The notes: generated by a model not told the origin, from the sequence alone. A stretch of DNA of 64,000 nucleotides from Octopus sinensis (GCF_006345805.1 NC_043012.1:21080001-21144000); one strand, 5' to 3'; counted from the stretch's first letter, positions 1 to 12,870 are shown. Translations and numbers: made by a program.

Positions 1-731
1 CTACAATCCACTTTTCTACGCTTTTCGTCAAGGTTTGCGCCATCCACCACGACCAAACGAAAAAAAAACTACGTGGCTATGACTTTTTAGCTCTTAGCTA
101 AGACCCTGTTGGTTATCATCCTACGGCGCTTGGCAACTGTCTACTATCCATATGTCAATCAGCAAGCCATAACTAAGACAATGATAATCCCAACCTACGA
201 ACGCCAGGTGTCCTGCCACCGAGTGTTAACACAAGAGATGTAGGACCTACAATTTGTTTTTGGCGAAACAACGTACTAAGCAAAGTAAGAATTATGCACA
301 CGGCTCTCTTCTTCCAGTTTACTGCTGGCTAACGATGGCAAAACGGAAGACTAGAAGGTGTCAAACACATAATTTGCCTTGCTTACAATAGATGCATCAG
401 AGGAAAAGCTTTTGTCATAAATTTACATTCATTTTCTTAAAAGCATTGAAAAAATTACTGAAGAACTTAATGGGACTGTAGACCAACGAGCACACCGTGG
501 TCGTTCGACTGCCAAAAGGTGTCACTAAAGATTTCCTTAAAATCAAATCCCAAATTCTAAGGTGCAGAAAGACATATCACATAGTGTGCTCCTACATGGA
601 AACTCCTAAAAAGACGTGAATAATTTTGGATATAGCGCTGCTCTGGTGGAACTAATTTGGTGGTAAATAACAGCAACTGTATTTTCTTTATATTAGTTGG
701 GAATTGTCTATATATCAATGTTATAAATAAA

Positions 732-1372
732 TAACAAGGTAAAAGTTTTTCTTATTCATTCCTTTTGAAGATTGCCCTTAAATGTGGTTTTGGTCGTTTT
801 GACTGCTTCTTCTAGCGTGTAAAAACTCCCTGTTGAAGGCAGTTTTATTTAGTGTTTCAATGTACACTATTTTACATTGAGAATATGTTGTCTATTGACT
901 TTTTATACATGTTAGGCCACTGGTAGTAAAATTTCTAAAAACAACTCACTACCCTATATATATATATATACATATTTTACATATACGTTTTTAGCAATTT
1001 TTAAAAGATTAATTCGGTAGTTATTCATTTACTGCCGAATGAAACTGCGCTTGCGCGGTGAATATGAAAAATTATAATGTATAACGAAGGGACACGTGTT
1101 AATCGTCTCTTAATTATATGTTAGTGTTATGAGGCGGTCACTGATGAAAAATTCGCCTAGCAAATTATTTTATTTGCTAAAAAAATTTAGAAACCTCGGT
1201 CTAACCGGAATAACAAGGTAACAAGGTAAAAGTTTTTATTTTTCATTTCTTTTTGAAGATTGCTCTTAAATGTGGTTTTGGTCGTTTTGACTGCTTCTTC
1301 TACCGTGTAAAACTGCCTGTTGAAGGCGGTTTTCTCTTGTGTTTAATAGTACACTATTTCATATCAATATTA
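732..1372 (+). mobile_element. PLE pLTR-like direct repeat pair (about 150 bp at 732-885 and 1219-1372) with a hammerhead motif just before the second copy
   Basis: TAACAAGGTAAAAGTTTTT...GAAGATTGC(C/T)CTTAAATGTGGTTTTGGTCG...GTACACTATTT occurs twice, about 487 bp apart. The HHR at 1135-1207 lies immediately upstream of the second copy. Confidence 0.6.
1135..1207 (+). ncRNA. Type-I hammerhead ribozyme motif
   Basis: CGGTCA-CTGATGA-[stem II with TAGCAAAT/ATTTGCTA hairpin]-GAAA-C-CTCG-G-TC-TAACCG. Core intact, GUC site, stem I with 1 mismatch, A.A at the base of stem II. Confidence 0.65.
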
Positions 1373-1518
1373 TAAGGTAGAGAAGATTGCACCATCGGAA
1401 CTATGACCTTCAGCTCATTAATAACCAATGTCTTAAAATAATCCAGACTTCCGAAAGACACTGCTTGCCGTTGTTTATAGTTTTGTTATTTTATTTTAAT
1501 GTTTTAATCATTACAGTG

Positions 1519-1714
1519 AAGGCGATGAGCTGGCGGATTCGTTAGCACGTCGGACAACATGCTTAGCGGCGTTTCTTCTGACTCTTAACGTTCTGAGTTC
1601 AAATTACGCTGAGGTGCTTTGCCTTTTATCCCTTCGCATGTGATAAAATAAAGTACCTGTCAAGTACAGGCGTCGATGTAATCGACTTGAACTCTCCCCT
1701 CAAAGCTTCTGGCC
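1519..1714 (+). mobile_element. tRNA-derived SINE family A, diverged copy
   Basis: GGCGATGAGCTGGCGGATTCGTTAGCACG head, GAGTTCAAATT B-box-like motif, GATGTAATCGAC body. Homologous to 20545-20781. Further diverged copies lie at about 2085-2275 and 2290-2460. Confidence 0.7.
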
Positions 1715-2716
1715 ATTAACCTTGCCACGGGTTGGTGTTCCATTGAAGAGAATTGATCTAATCTCCGTCATTTATAGGCCACGGAAATGGAAACCGGGTA
1801 ACCGCCTTTATGAGTCCTAGGGTTCGAAAACAAACAAAGTCATTAGGTTGCCACCATGCTGGGTATGAAGCGACTTAGTTGAGGATGTTGCCGCTATCAT
1901 TTTGTCGCGTAAAAGAAGGCATGATATAAACAATATATCCATCCCATGTGTAAAGGAACGTAACCAAATAGCGATCTACTACTAATCAACCACCGAACTA
2001 TGTAATATTTTGTTGCCTCTTTTTATTCCTTTAGTATAATGCCAACCCTTTCCATATTAGTCATCAACATCATCACGGGGGATGAATCGTTAGTGTGTCA
2101 GAACATATTCTTTGAGGGATTGCGATTTTTCAATCTGAGTTGAAATTTCGCTATGGTCAACTTTGCCTGTCCTGTTTTCGGATGCGATAAAATAAAGTAC
2201 CAGTAAAGTACTGGGGGGAGGGGTGATACAGACTAACTCCTTCACTTTGAAACATCTGGCCTTGTACAAAATTTTTAAATCAAAAGGGATATGCTGCCAG
2301 AGTTTGTTAGCACGCCGGACAAAATGCTTTGCGGTATTTCTTCCGACTCATTAAATTCAAATTTCGCTGGTCAGTTTTGACTTTCATTTTTTCGAACTCG
2401 ACAAAATAAAGTAGTAATCGAAAACTTGGGTCGAAGGTATCGACTAACCTACCTTCAAAACTGCTGGGCTTTGTGCATAAATTAGAAGCCATTATGTTTG
2501 AAGTTTGGTGTGTATAAAACCTGAATTGGGAATACGTGTGTGTGACTGTGTAATATACATTAAGCATTTGAAGTGTGTTAGGGCGTCAGAATTGTAGGAA
2601 ATGATGCGAGTGTATGTGCGTCGGTGCAAACTTTAGTGTCTCCCCGTGGATGACGATTACTGCAGAACACATTTCTTTCGGGGCATGTTTCTGTTTTCGC
2701 GTATAGGTGTCTGTAT

Positions 2717-2788
<72 letters not shown>

Positions 2789-3374
2789 AAGAGAGAAAGA
2801 GAGAGAGAGCTATAACACCTACCTGCTCACATGTAAGTGTGAGGTTATGTATTGTGCCTTCAGATGCATTTCTATGCATATGAATGTGTGAAGAAGTGAT
2901 TAGTTCATATATGTGTGTACTATGAAATGGCTGTGGATTAAAGAGATCGGTTTGAAGTTATGTGCCAAACATTTTGAGAGTGTCTGTACGTGCGTTTCAG
3001 TTGATGCATAAATGTATTATCGCGTGTTTACATGCATTCGTGTGTCAGAGAGAAAGAGAAACAGACAGAGTTCACGTATGTTGTGATAGTGATGCCAGTT
3101 AGTGTGCGTATCCATTGATTTATCATACATGTGTGTTCGCGTTGGAGGGGTGTGATTTATCATGTTAATTGAATTGCGTGTGTGAAGAAATACGAGTGTG
3201 TTCTTGTGTGGGAGAGAGAAGGTGAGAATGAGAGAGATTATGCATGCGATGTTAGGTGATGTATCCTGCTGGTTTAAGTGGAAATGTGAACAGCAGGTTA
3301 TAGCGTAAACGTCCGAGAGTGTGCATGTGTGTGTGTGTGATTTATTGCACTAATACATATGCACACACACACCC

Positions 3375-3414
<40 letters not shown>

Positions 3415-3657
3415 ATATGTATATATATATATATATATATATAACATAAATATATATATATATATTAGATATATATATAATATACATATAATACATATAT
3501 ATGTCTATATATATATATATATATACATACACATATACTTATATACATATCTATATATATATACATATACATGCACGTACATACATATATATATATATAT
3601 AATACAGACATACATACATACATGCACGCACATACGAACATACATACACACACACTC

Positions 3658-3703
<46 letters not shown>

Positions 3704-3708
3704 GATAG

Positions 3709-3770
<62 letters not shown>

Positions 3771-3882
3771 TGTAAATGAAGATAAAGGCACCAGCGAACG
3801 GGCGAGCTGAGAATGGATGTGGGCCCAAGGTGTGTTCACAAGGAAAACGAAATAGAACCTGCAAAGGCAATGGCTCTGGTAA

Positions 3883-4120
3883 AAAAAGGAGACCAAACCA
3901 GCCTGCAAGTTCTATGAAAAGGGTACCTGCTGGCATGGTGACATAGGGAGAAGCTGCATATTTGCTCGTCCAAAATCCAATGTGAGCAATCCTCGTTCCA
4001 GTTGCCCGAAGACAAGGAAGAATAGCCTCCAACGCCACAGAGTCAGATCACATGATACAATGGTATGTAAGTGTGTGGATGGTGTACGCACAGCTCCTAG
4101 GAGGAAACAACCAATGGATG
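3883..4120 (+). pseudogene. Degenerate CCCH zinc-finger coding fragment, probably LINE ORF1-like
   Basis: The frame reads ETKPACKFYEKGTCWHGDIGRSCIFARPK = C-x7-C-x8-C-x3-(H>R, CGT). In-frame TAA at 3880. A SINE interrupts it downstream. Confidence 0.45.
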
Positions 4121-4124
4121 CAGT

Positions 4125-4216
4125 GCGTAGCACCTTGAGCAAATGTCTTCTACTGCAGCCTCGGGCCGACCAAAGCTTTGTGAGTGGATTTGGTAGACTG
4201 AAACTGAAAGTTGCTT

Positions 4217-4271
<55 letters not shown>

Positions 4272-4437
4272 GTGTGTTTGTGTGTGTGTGTGTACATGCA
4301 TATATCTACGTGAGTATGTTTTTGTGTCTGTGTTTGTCCCCCACCACTATTTGACAACCGGTGTTGGTGTGTTTACGTCCCCGTATCTTAGCGGCACGAC
4401 AAAAGTGAGTTATACATAAGTACCAGGGTTTAAAAAG
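4125..4437 (+). mobile_element. tRNA-derived SINE family B, 5'-truncated, with internal (TG)n
   Basis: GCACCTTGAGCAAATGTCTTCTACTG...GTGAGTGGATTTGGTAGAC and TTTGACAACCG...GTTTACGTCCCCG match the full copy at 53393-53817. Confidence 0.75.
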
Positions 4438-4494
4438 TGTGGTGTATACACACACACAAGCACATATATACACATCGACACACAACACACATAC

Positions 4495-4541
<47 letters not shown>

Positions 4542-4590
4542 TATATTATATATATATATATATGTATTATATATAAAATTATATATAATT

Positions 4591-4781
4591 AGGGCTTAGT
4601 GGAATAGGTTGCTTTACCACATACTGAACTTTCTAGAAATAGCAGCCAAATAAGTTTTTAGCCTTTTCCACTACTTAAAGAAAATTTTCTCTCAGACAAT
4701 GTTTACTCAAAAAAAAAGGTCCTTTTACATACTGAATACTTGGTGAAATTGATTATAACTAATAACTTTACCCTCAATTGT

Positions 4782-4784
<3 letters not shown>
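4591..4784. mobile_element. Diverged relative of the 544-bp unit, with internal inversion
   Basis: 4591-4708 matches AGGGCTTAG...CATACTGAAC...TAGAAATAGCAGC...ACTTAAAGAAAAT of the array. 4718-4784 matches the opposite strand (GGTCC...CATACTGAA.ACTTGGTGAAATTGATT...CCCTCAATTGTTGA). (TA)n on both sides. Confidence 0.75.
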
Positions 4785-4829
<45 letters not shown>

Positions 4830-5007
4830 GGATATATATGTGTATATATGTATATGTATGTGTTGTGTGTGTGTGTGTATATATATATGTATATATGTGC
4901 GTGTGTATATATTTATATATATATTTATTATATATATGTATGTATAATTTCTATATATATATATGATATATGTGTGTATATGTATGTGTATGTATATATA
5001 TATATCT

Positions 5008-5042
<35 letters not shown>

Positions 5043-5198
5043 GAGTGTACGCGAGTATGTCGATGATATGTAGGTATGTAGAGTTATGTGTATGTGCATG
5101 TATGTGTGGTATATACAGATGTAGATGGGTATATGTGGTGTGTGTATGTGTGCACATGTATATGTGTATATATATGTGTGTGTATATTATAATATATA

Positions 5199-5239
<41 letters not shown>

Positions 5240-5745
5240 GTGGGTTTGTAGAGTTATACGTATGTGCATGTGTATATGTATATGTATATGTGTATGTATA
5301 TGTATATGTATGTGTATGTGTATGTATGTACATATATATGTGTGTGTGTGTGTGTATGTGTGTATATGTATGTATATATGTATATATATATGTGTGTATG
5401 TGTAGGTGTGGGTATATATATATGTGTGTGTGTGTATGTATATATATATATGTATGTGTGTGTATGTATATGTGTGTGTATGTATATATATATGTGTGTG
5501 TATATATATGTATATATATACATATATATATATATAGATATATATATATATATATATATGTGAATATGTGTGTGTATGTGTACATGTGTGTATGTGTGTA
5601 TGTGTATGTGTGTATGTATATGTATATATATATATATACATGTGTATGTATATGCATGTATATGTGTATGTGCGTGTATGTGTATATGTGTATGTAAGTG
5701 TGTGTGTATATATGTATATGTATGTATGTATGTGTATGTATGTGT

Positions 5746-5787
<42 letters not shown>

Positions 5788-5795
5788 GATATATA
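4785..5795. repeat. Long (TA)/(TG)/(TATG) mosaic microsatellite
   Basis: Directly visible. It is the source of the poly-YI/VC ORFs. Confidence 0.95.
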
Positions 5796-5800
5796 TGGTA

Positions 5801-8198
5801 TCCTCGCACCATTCCCCTTCTTCTCTCTCTCTTCCTCTTGCTCCTCCTCCCCCATTCCCGTCATCCATCTGCGCGATACTTCCGTCGTAACTGCTATCCT
5901 GTATTTTCTCTCCCGCCTTGCAAGGCTTCTGGTTGACAAAATTTCCCTCTCTGTCTTCCACGATAATCCAGCGTTTACAATACTTTTTTCGTCTGGCGTT
6001 AACAGCCCTTCTTATCTTGTTCTCCTTGTCTTGTCTCTCACTGTTATATATTTATTTTTCCACTGTTTATATATATTTTTTACTGTTTATATGTTTGTAC
6101 TGTCGTTACCGTCTTGCTTTTTTTTACCCCTCTGCGAAAAGATCTCAGAATTTTAATGATTTGCTTTTCGCGGGAAGGAATTTTTCTTCGAAATTATACG
6201 TCTCGCTTTTATCCTTCGAAACGTTTAGTAGATGAAATCTTAGCGACTGAAGAGGGGATTTCGTTTGTGCTTATTGTCCTGTATCTCTCCCCCTTTTTTT
6301 TTTTTTTTTGCTTGTCTTGTTCCTTGGTTTGTGTCTATGTGGTTCGTCTCTCTATGTGTTCGACGTCTTTTTGGTGTCCTGTACACATATATTGTGTATA
6401 TGTACATGTAGAGGTAGGTACGTACATATATGTTTATATATATGCATATATTCTATTTATTAACATATTATACGATTAAACGCACGCACCCTACTAAGTA
6501 AGATTGTTCTGTTTATCAAGTTAGCCTTGATATTAACTCTCACGCGACTCTGCATCTTTCTTTCGTTCTCTCCATTCCTTTTTCGTCTTTTTCCCTCACT
6601 TAACTTGTCTCTCTCCTCTCTCTCTCATTCTTCATTCTCTCTCTCCCTTTCACCATTCTTATTGTCTCCTCGCACCATTCCCCTTTCTCTCTCTCTTCCT
6701 CTTGCTCCTCCTCCCCCATTCCGTCATCATCTGCGACGATACTTCCGTCTCGTAACGTAATCTGCTATCCTGTCTTTTCTCTCCCGCCTTGCAAGGCTTC
6801 TGGTTGACAAAATTTCCCTCTGTCTTCCACGATAACCAGCGTTACAATACTTTTTTCGTCTGGCGTTAACAGCCCTTCTTATCTTGTTCTCCGTGTCTTG
6901 TCTCTCACTGTTTATATATTTATTTTTCACTGTTTATTATTTATTTTTACTGGTTATATGTTTGTACTGTCGTTACCGTCTTGCTTTTTTACCCCTCTGC
7001 GAAAAGATCTCAGAATTTTAATTGATTTGCTTTTCGCGGGAGGAATTTTTCTTCGAAGTATACGTCTCGCTTTTTATCCTTCGAAACGTTTAGTAGATGA
7101 AATCTTAGCGACTGAAGAAGGGATTTTCGTTGTGCTTATTGTCCTGTATCTCTCCCCCTTTTTTTTTTTTTTTTGCTTGTCTTGTTCCTGGTTTGTGTCT
7201 ATGGTGTTTCGTCTCTCTATGTGTTCGACGTCTTTTTGGTGTCCTGTACACATATATGCGTGTTATATGTACATGTAGAGGTAGGTACGTACATATATGT
7301 TTATATAATGCATATATTCTATTTATTAACATATTATACGATTAAACGCACGCACCCTACTAAGTAAGATTGTTCTGTTTATCAAGTTAGCCTTGATATT
7401 ACTCTCACGCGACTCTGCATCTTTCTTTCTTCTCCCCATTCCCTTTTTCGTTCTTTTTTTCCCTCACTTAATTGTCTCTTCCTCTCTCTCTCATTCTTCA
7501 TTCTCTCTCTCCCTTTCACCATTTCTCATGGGTCTCCTCGCACCATTCCCCTTCTTCTCTCTCTCTTCCTCTGATCCTCCTCCCCCATTCCCGTCATCCA
7601 TCTGCGACGATACTTCCGTCGTAACTGCTATCCTGTCTTTTCTCTCCCGCCTTGCAAGGCTTGGTTGACAAAATTTCCCTCTCTGTCTTCCACGATAATC
7701 CAGCGTTACAATACTTTTTTCGTCTGGCGTTAACAGCCTTCTTATCTTGTTCTCCTTGTCTTGTTCTCACTGTTATATTTATTTTTCCACTGTTTATATA
7801 TATATTTTTTACTGTTTATATGTTTTTTACTGTCGTTACCGTCTTGCTTTTTTTTTACCCCTCTGCGAAAAGATCTCAGAATTTAATTGATTTTGCTTTT
7901 CGCGGGAAGGAATTTTTCTTCGAAGTATACGTCTCGCTTTTATCCTTCGAAACGTTTAGTAGATGAAATCTTAGCGACTGAAGAAGGGGATTTTTCGTTG
8001 TGCTTATTGTCCTTGATCTCTCCTTTTTTTTTTTTTTTTTGCTTGTCTTGTTCCTTGGTTTGTGTCTATGTGTTTCGTCTCTATATTGTTCGACGTCTTT
8101 TTGGTGTCCTGTACACATATATGCGTGTATATGTACATGTAGGGGTAGGTACGTACATATATGTTTATATATATGCATATATTCTATTTATTAACATA
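5801..8198 (+). mobile_element. About 2.8 tandem copies of an 866-bp PLE pLTR-like unit
   Basis: CCTCGCACCATT at 5802, 6668 and 7536. TTCGAAACGTT at about 6218, 7083 and 7949. 5'-truncated first copy, 3' end running into (TA)n at about 8198. Homologous to the minus-strand copies at 45838-49923. Confidence 0.85.
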
Positions 8199-8400
8199 TA
8201 TATATATATGTATGTATGTATATGTATATGTGTATGTGTATGTATTTGTATGTGTATGCATGCGCGTATATATATGTATGTATGTGTATACGTGTGGGTG
8301 TGTGTATGTGTGTATATATGTATGTATGTATGGGTGTATGTATGTATGTATGCGGATGTGTGTATATATATATGTATATGTATATATATGTATATATGTG

Positions 8401-8434
<34 letters not shown>

Positions 8435-9285
8435 TGTGTGTGTGTATATGTGTATGTATATATATATGTGTGTATATATATGTATTTATGTATTTGTATG
8501 TAGGTGTATATGTATGTGTGTATATATATTTGTTGTGTGTATGTATAGACTAGTCTTCTAAGATTGTACATGAATCTGTAGGTACGCGTATGTATGTGTA
8601 TATACGTGTATGTATGTAGATGTATGTATGTATGAATATAACGAGTGCGTGCGTGTATGTGTATGAGTGTACGAATGAGAGTGTGTGTGCGTGCTAATGA
8701 GTGTGCGTGCGTGAGTGAGTGCTTGTGCTCAAGTAGAAAGATAAAAGGGACTAGCCAAGATGTTGTGACCAGCGGTCAAAGATAACAAAAGTAATAAATG
8801 AAGATAATAAAATTAAAATTAGGGAATGGGTTTGTAATTGTATGTATATATGTGTGTATGTGTAGGTATGAATAGGTACACATATGTATGTATGTATGTG
8901 TATATATGTGTATGTGTGTGTGTGTGTATACATACATATATGTGTGTGGATGGGTACACATATGTATGTATATATATATATATATGTACATATATATATA
9001 TATGTGTGTGTGTATACATACATATATGTGTATGTGTATATATGAGTATATAGGGACTTGTGTGTTGTGTGTGCATGTGTGTATGTGGATATGTGTGTGT
9101 ATGTGAGTATGTGTATGTGTGTGTATGTATATATTTTTTTGTGTGTATGTGTATGTGTGGTCGTGTGTGTGTATATATACATGTGTGTGTATATGTATAT
9201 GCATGTATATGTGTATGTATGTATATGTATATGTATATATATATATATGGATATATATATGTAGATATATGTATGTATATGTGTG

Positions 9286-9317
<32 letters not shown>

Positions 9318-9584
9318 GGGTGTGTGTGTATGTATGTGTGTATGTATATGTGTGTGTGTTGAGAATTTCCTTATTTACCTAAAACTCTATTCTTCTATAT
9401 AATTTTATATTTTTTTTTTTTATCTTTTTTTTTATTCTTTTATTATTCCTATCTAATTTACCACTGACTCCTTGACCACTCCCCCAAGTATGATTTTTTG
9501 CGCTATGCCTACCCCCAAAAAGTCCACCACCACCCCCCTAAAAACCTGCCTAAATGTATAAATGCCAATACAATTTTGTTAACT

Positions 9585-9635
9585 AGCTTCCTGAAGATTT
9601 CTCTTGAATGAAACAGTTCTAGTCCTGTAGAAGCT
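9585..9635 (+). ncRNA. Canonical type-I hammerhead ribozyme motif
   Basis: AGCTTC-CTGAAGA-TTTC-TCTT-GAAT-GAAA-CAG-TTCTAGTC-CTG-TA-GAAGCT. Perfect 6-bp stem I, 4-bp stem III, GUA site, intact core. It lies in a unique insert (9361-9720) between microsatellites. Confidence 0.8.
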
Positions 9636-9719
9636 TCCTTCTATATAATAAATTAATTTTACTCTGCTATGTATTGAGTACCTTATTTACTGTGGTTAAC
9701 CCCGAATCAACCCGGGACC

Positions 9720-9775
<56 letters not shown>

Positions 9776-9949
9776 GTATTTATGTAAGTATGTATGAATG
9801 TATATATGTGTGTTGTTGTGTGGGTGTGTGTGTGAGTGTGTGAGTGTTTATACATATCTACGTATATATATATATATATATAAATTATGTAAATTTATAT
9901 GTACATACGCATATATTCAATATGTGTATTTCTATACATTCATACATGT

Positions 9950-10095
9950 ATAATACATACATGCATACATGCATACAAACATACATACACACACATACAT
10001 ACATACATACATACATACATACATGCATGCATACATACATACATACATACATACATACATACATACATACATACATACATACATACATACATACG
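9950..10095. repeat. (TACA)n microsatellite
   Basis: Directly visible. Confidence 0.95.
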
Positions 10096-10887
10096 TATGT
10101 GTCCATTCTTTATTTCACCGTCATGTATCTTAGATTCAAAGTCACAGTTTCCACTAATGTTTTGCACAACGATGAACAAAGATGGCCGAAATGAAAACAA
10201 AATATAAAGAAGAAAAGAAGAAAATGTTAAAAAGAAAAAGATCGGCAAATAAGTTGCAAGATGATATTGAAGTATTAAATTAGACAATCGAAAACCCAAT
10301 ATTGTCAACTGAAGCCGTCTTTTGGAGCATTCCAGAGCAGCAAAATAATAAAAGAGCTTAATGGAGGAAGAAATAAAATAAGATATTGATCCTCCAAAGA
10401 AATGTAAGTATGATGAGCAAATAATAAACCTCGAATTGGATTGATTCCGTTAAACCTGCAGTCTCTACTTATCGTATGATCTCATTTAGTTTTCTCCCCA
10501 TTTTATTAAGCTATTTAAATTTCGGTGTGACTCTACAACATTGGAACGAAAATATATTATTAGAAGTGAAAATATCTAGCAGCACTCTAAGTGTCAGGAG
10601 CCTTCAGTTAGTCAACAAATAATCTAAACTTGAAAATCTTTCGAATAATTGACTGGTTCAAGGCTTTCTGCTCTTACAAAGGCCAATCCCGTTCAGTGTA
10701 CGAATTTGTTCAAACGCAACACGTGATTCAGATTCAAAACTATAGAATAATTATATCGTTTGCATAGATCGGACATTGCCAAAAGTACCAACAAGAGGTT
10801 TTTCTATGTAAGGAAAAGAGAGAAATTTACTAAATATCAGCTGAATATTGCAAAACGGTTAAAAAGCTGATACTCTTCTGAAATGAT

Positions 10888-11225
10888 GTACAGGGTGGTG
10901 CAAAAGTAGGCCTACAGCTGTACAGTTGTATATTTCATCTTTTCATTTAAAAAACATTGCACAATGTTAGTCCCGTAAATGCTCAAAACTTTGATACATC
11001 CTTCCAGTCTATCTGCCACACTATGACACATACAATGGCACAGGCCCTGGTCAGTTCATTATGCCTCTGTAATGAACCCACGTAGTTGAGGCAGAGTGCG
11101 CGGTTTTCTCTGGACTACCTTCTCTTTCACAACATCCCAGAAAAAAATCCGTGGGTGTTAGGTCTGGGGAACGGGGTGGCCATTCAATACCCCTACATCA
11201 CCCAATCCACCTCCTGGGATGTATC
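10888..11225 (-). mobile_element. Tc1/mariner transposon 3' end (transposase remnant plus TIR)
   Basis: The minus strand reads PRRWIG*CRGIEWPPRSPDLTPTDFF, then after a frameshift WDVVKEKVVQRKPRTLPQLR. TA followed by the TIR-like CAGGGTGGTGCAAAAGTAGGCCTACAG at 10890-10916. Confidence 0.85.
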
Positions 11226-11369
11226 ATAAACAGTTCATAATTATTTACGAATATATCAGTGGCCAAATACGTTTGTGTGTGAGCGGGGTATACAATTGCT
11301 CCAGACTCTGTTGAGCGCCATTTACGAACGTCTGACCAAAAGTTTGCAATTGAGAGACAACCACTACCG

Positions 11370-11546
11370 TACTCGCTGAGGAATATCCAAATACCTCCAA
11401 GGAAAATCTACTTGACGCGACTCACAAAGAAGACGGAAAATGTCATCAAACGCATGCGCTGGAAGGCTTTCTTCTACCAGAATCCATCCACCACCGTATC
11501 TACGGATAATCAAACTGTTTTGATCCATGCATGTAACTTGCAATAA
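11370..11546 (+). pseudogene. N-terminal fragment of a Penelope-like element ORF
   Basis: [36 protein letters not shown]. The S.KNIPIP...[10 protein letters not shown] pattern is recalled from marine-invertebrate PLE ORF N-termini. Confidence 0.6.
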
Positions 11547-11614
11547 ATTGGTTGAGTGCCATTCTTTCGCGTGTCCACTCACTCGAATATATATATGTAT
11601 GTAATTATATATAT

Positions 11615-11692
<78 letters not shown>

Positions 11693-11748
11693 CATACATA
11701 CATACATACATACATACATACATACATACATACATACATACATACATG

Positions 11749-11902
11749 CGACGGGCTTCTTTCAGTTTCCGTCTACCAAATCCACTCACAAGACTTTGGT
11801 CGGCCCGAGGCTATACTAGAAGACACTTTCCCAAGATGCTACTCAGTGGGACTGAACCGGGAGCTCTGTGGTTGAGAAGCAAGCTTCTCACCACACAGCC
11901 AT
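11749..11902 (-). mobile_element. SINE family B, 5' half
   Basis: The reverse complement gives GGCTGTGTGG...GGTTCAGTCCCACTG...GTGAGTGGATTTGGTAGACGGAAACTGAAAGAAGCCCGTCG. Confidence 0.8.
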
Positions 11903-11911
11903 ATCTATATG

Positions 11912-11962
<51 letters not shown>

Positions 11963-12666
11963 CTGTGTGCATTTGTATCTATGTATACTTGGAAGTTCCC
12001 ATTCAGTTACTTTTCTATCACATTCCACTGAGAACTTACCAATCATTGATCATTCCATTGTTTCAGCAGAAGACTTGTCCATTGCACCGCGTATAAAGGT
12101 CGACCCCGAAAACACTACGTCGCGAAACAGCCTTCAAAACCGCACACCCATTGATAGTAAAATATGTTGCTTCCTCTGAAAGTTGTTAGAAAGTTACCAT
12201 ATAGTGAGAATTTATGCAGCAAACATTGTTTCCTGTCAACTCCAATATTTTCTGCTATCGACATTAAATTTAATTAATACCAAAATGTGTGATAGCTTAG
12301 AGAAACTAATCTAACGTCCACATTTTTGACGTTGCACTAGCTGAAGTGATATTTAGTCAGGCAGTTGGTAAAATCCACAAAAACATTTTCTTTTTTCTTT
12401 AATGATCTGTAAACGTGATTAAACGAGAAAAAACAATCAATCAGCTATTACGAATTAGTTTATCCTATGTTTGAAAATTACACAGAAAAATTCTCATCGA
12501 TAATTTAACAAACTACTAACTGAAGTTGTACATCATTTATTTGGAAATGTTAGAGTTACTGATTAAATATTTGCAAGGCCTCTTGATAAGTCGTGTGTCA
12601 AATGCTATCATTTAGCTTCTTCTAGTTGATTACATTTCCGTCGAAAAAAGTACAAGTTTAATGTGA

Positions 12667-12870
12667 CTAATAATAATAATAATAATAATAATAATATTGA
12701 AAACGATGATGATGATGACGACGACGACGACGATTATGATGATGATGATGATGAGGAGGAGGAGGAGGAGGAGGAGGAGGATGGTGGTGGTGGTGGGTTT
12801 GGTGATGGTGGTGGTGGGTTTGGTGGTGGGTTTGGTGGTGGTGGTGGTGATCATGATCATGATCATGAGG
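12667..12870. repeat. Compound trinucleotide microsatellite (TAA/GAT/GAC/GAG/GGT)
   Basis: Directly visible. Confidence 0.95.

Noticed and set aside
6205-6265. Circularly permuted (type II) hammerhead in the 866/878-bp family: ATCCTTC-GAAACGTT...CTGAAGA-GGGGAT
   Set aside because: The segment between the cleavage triplet and CTGAAGA does not form stem I in either subfamily, and stem II pairing is poor.
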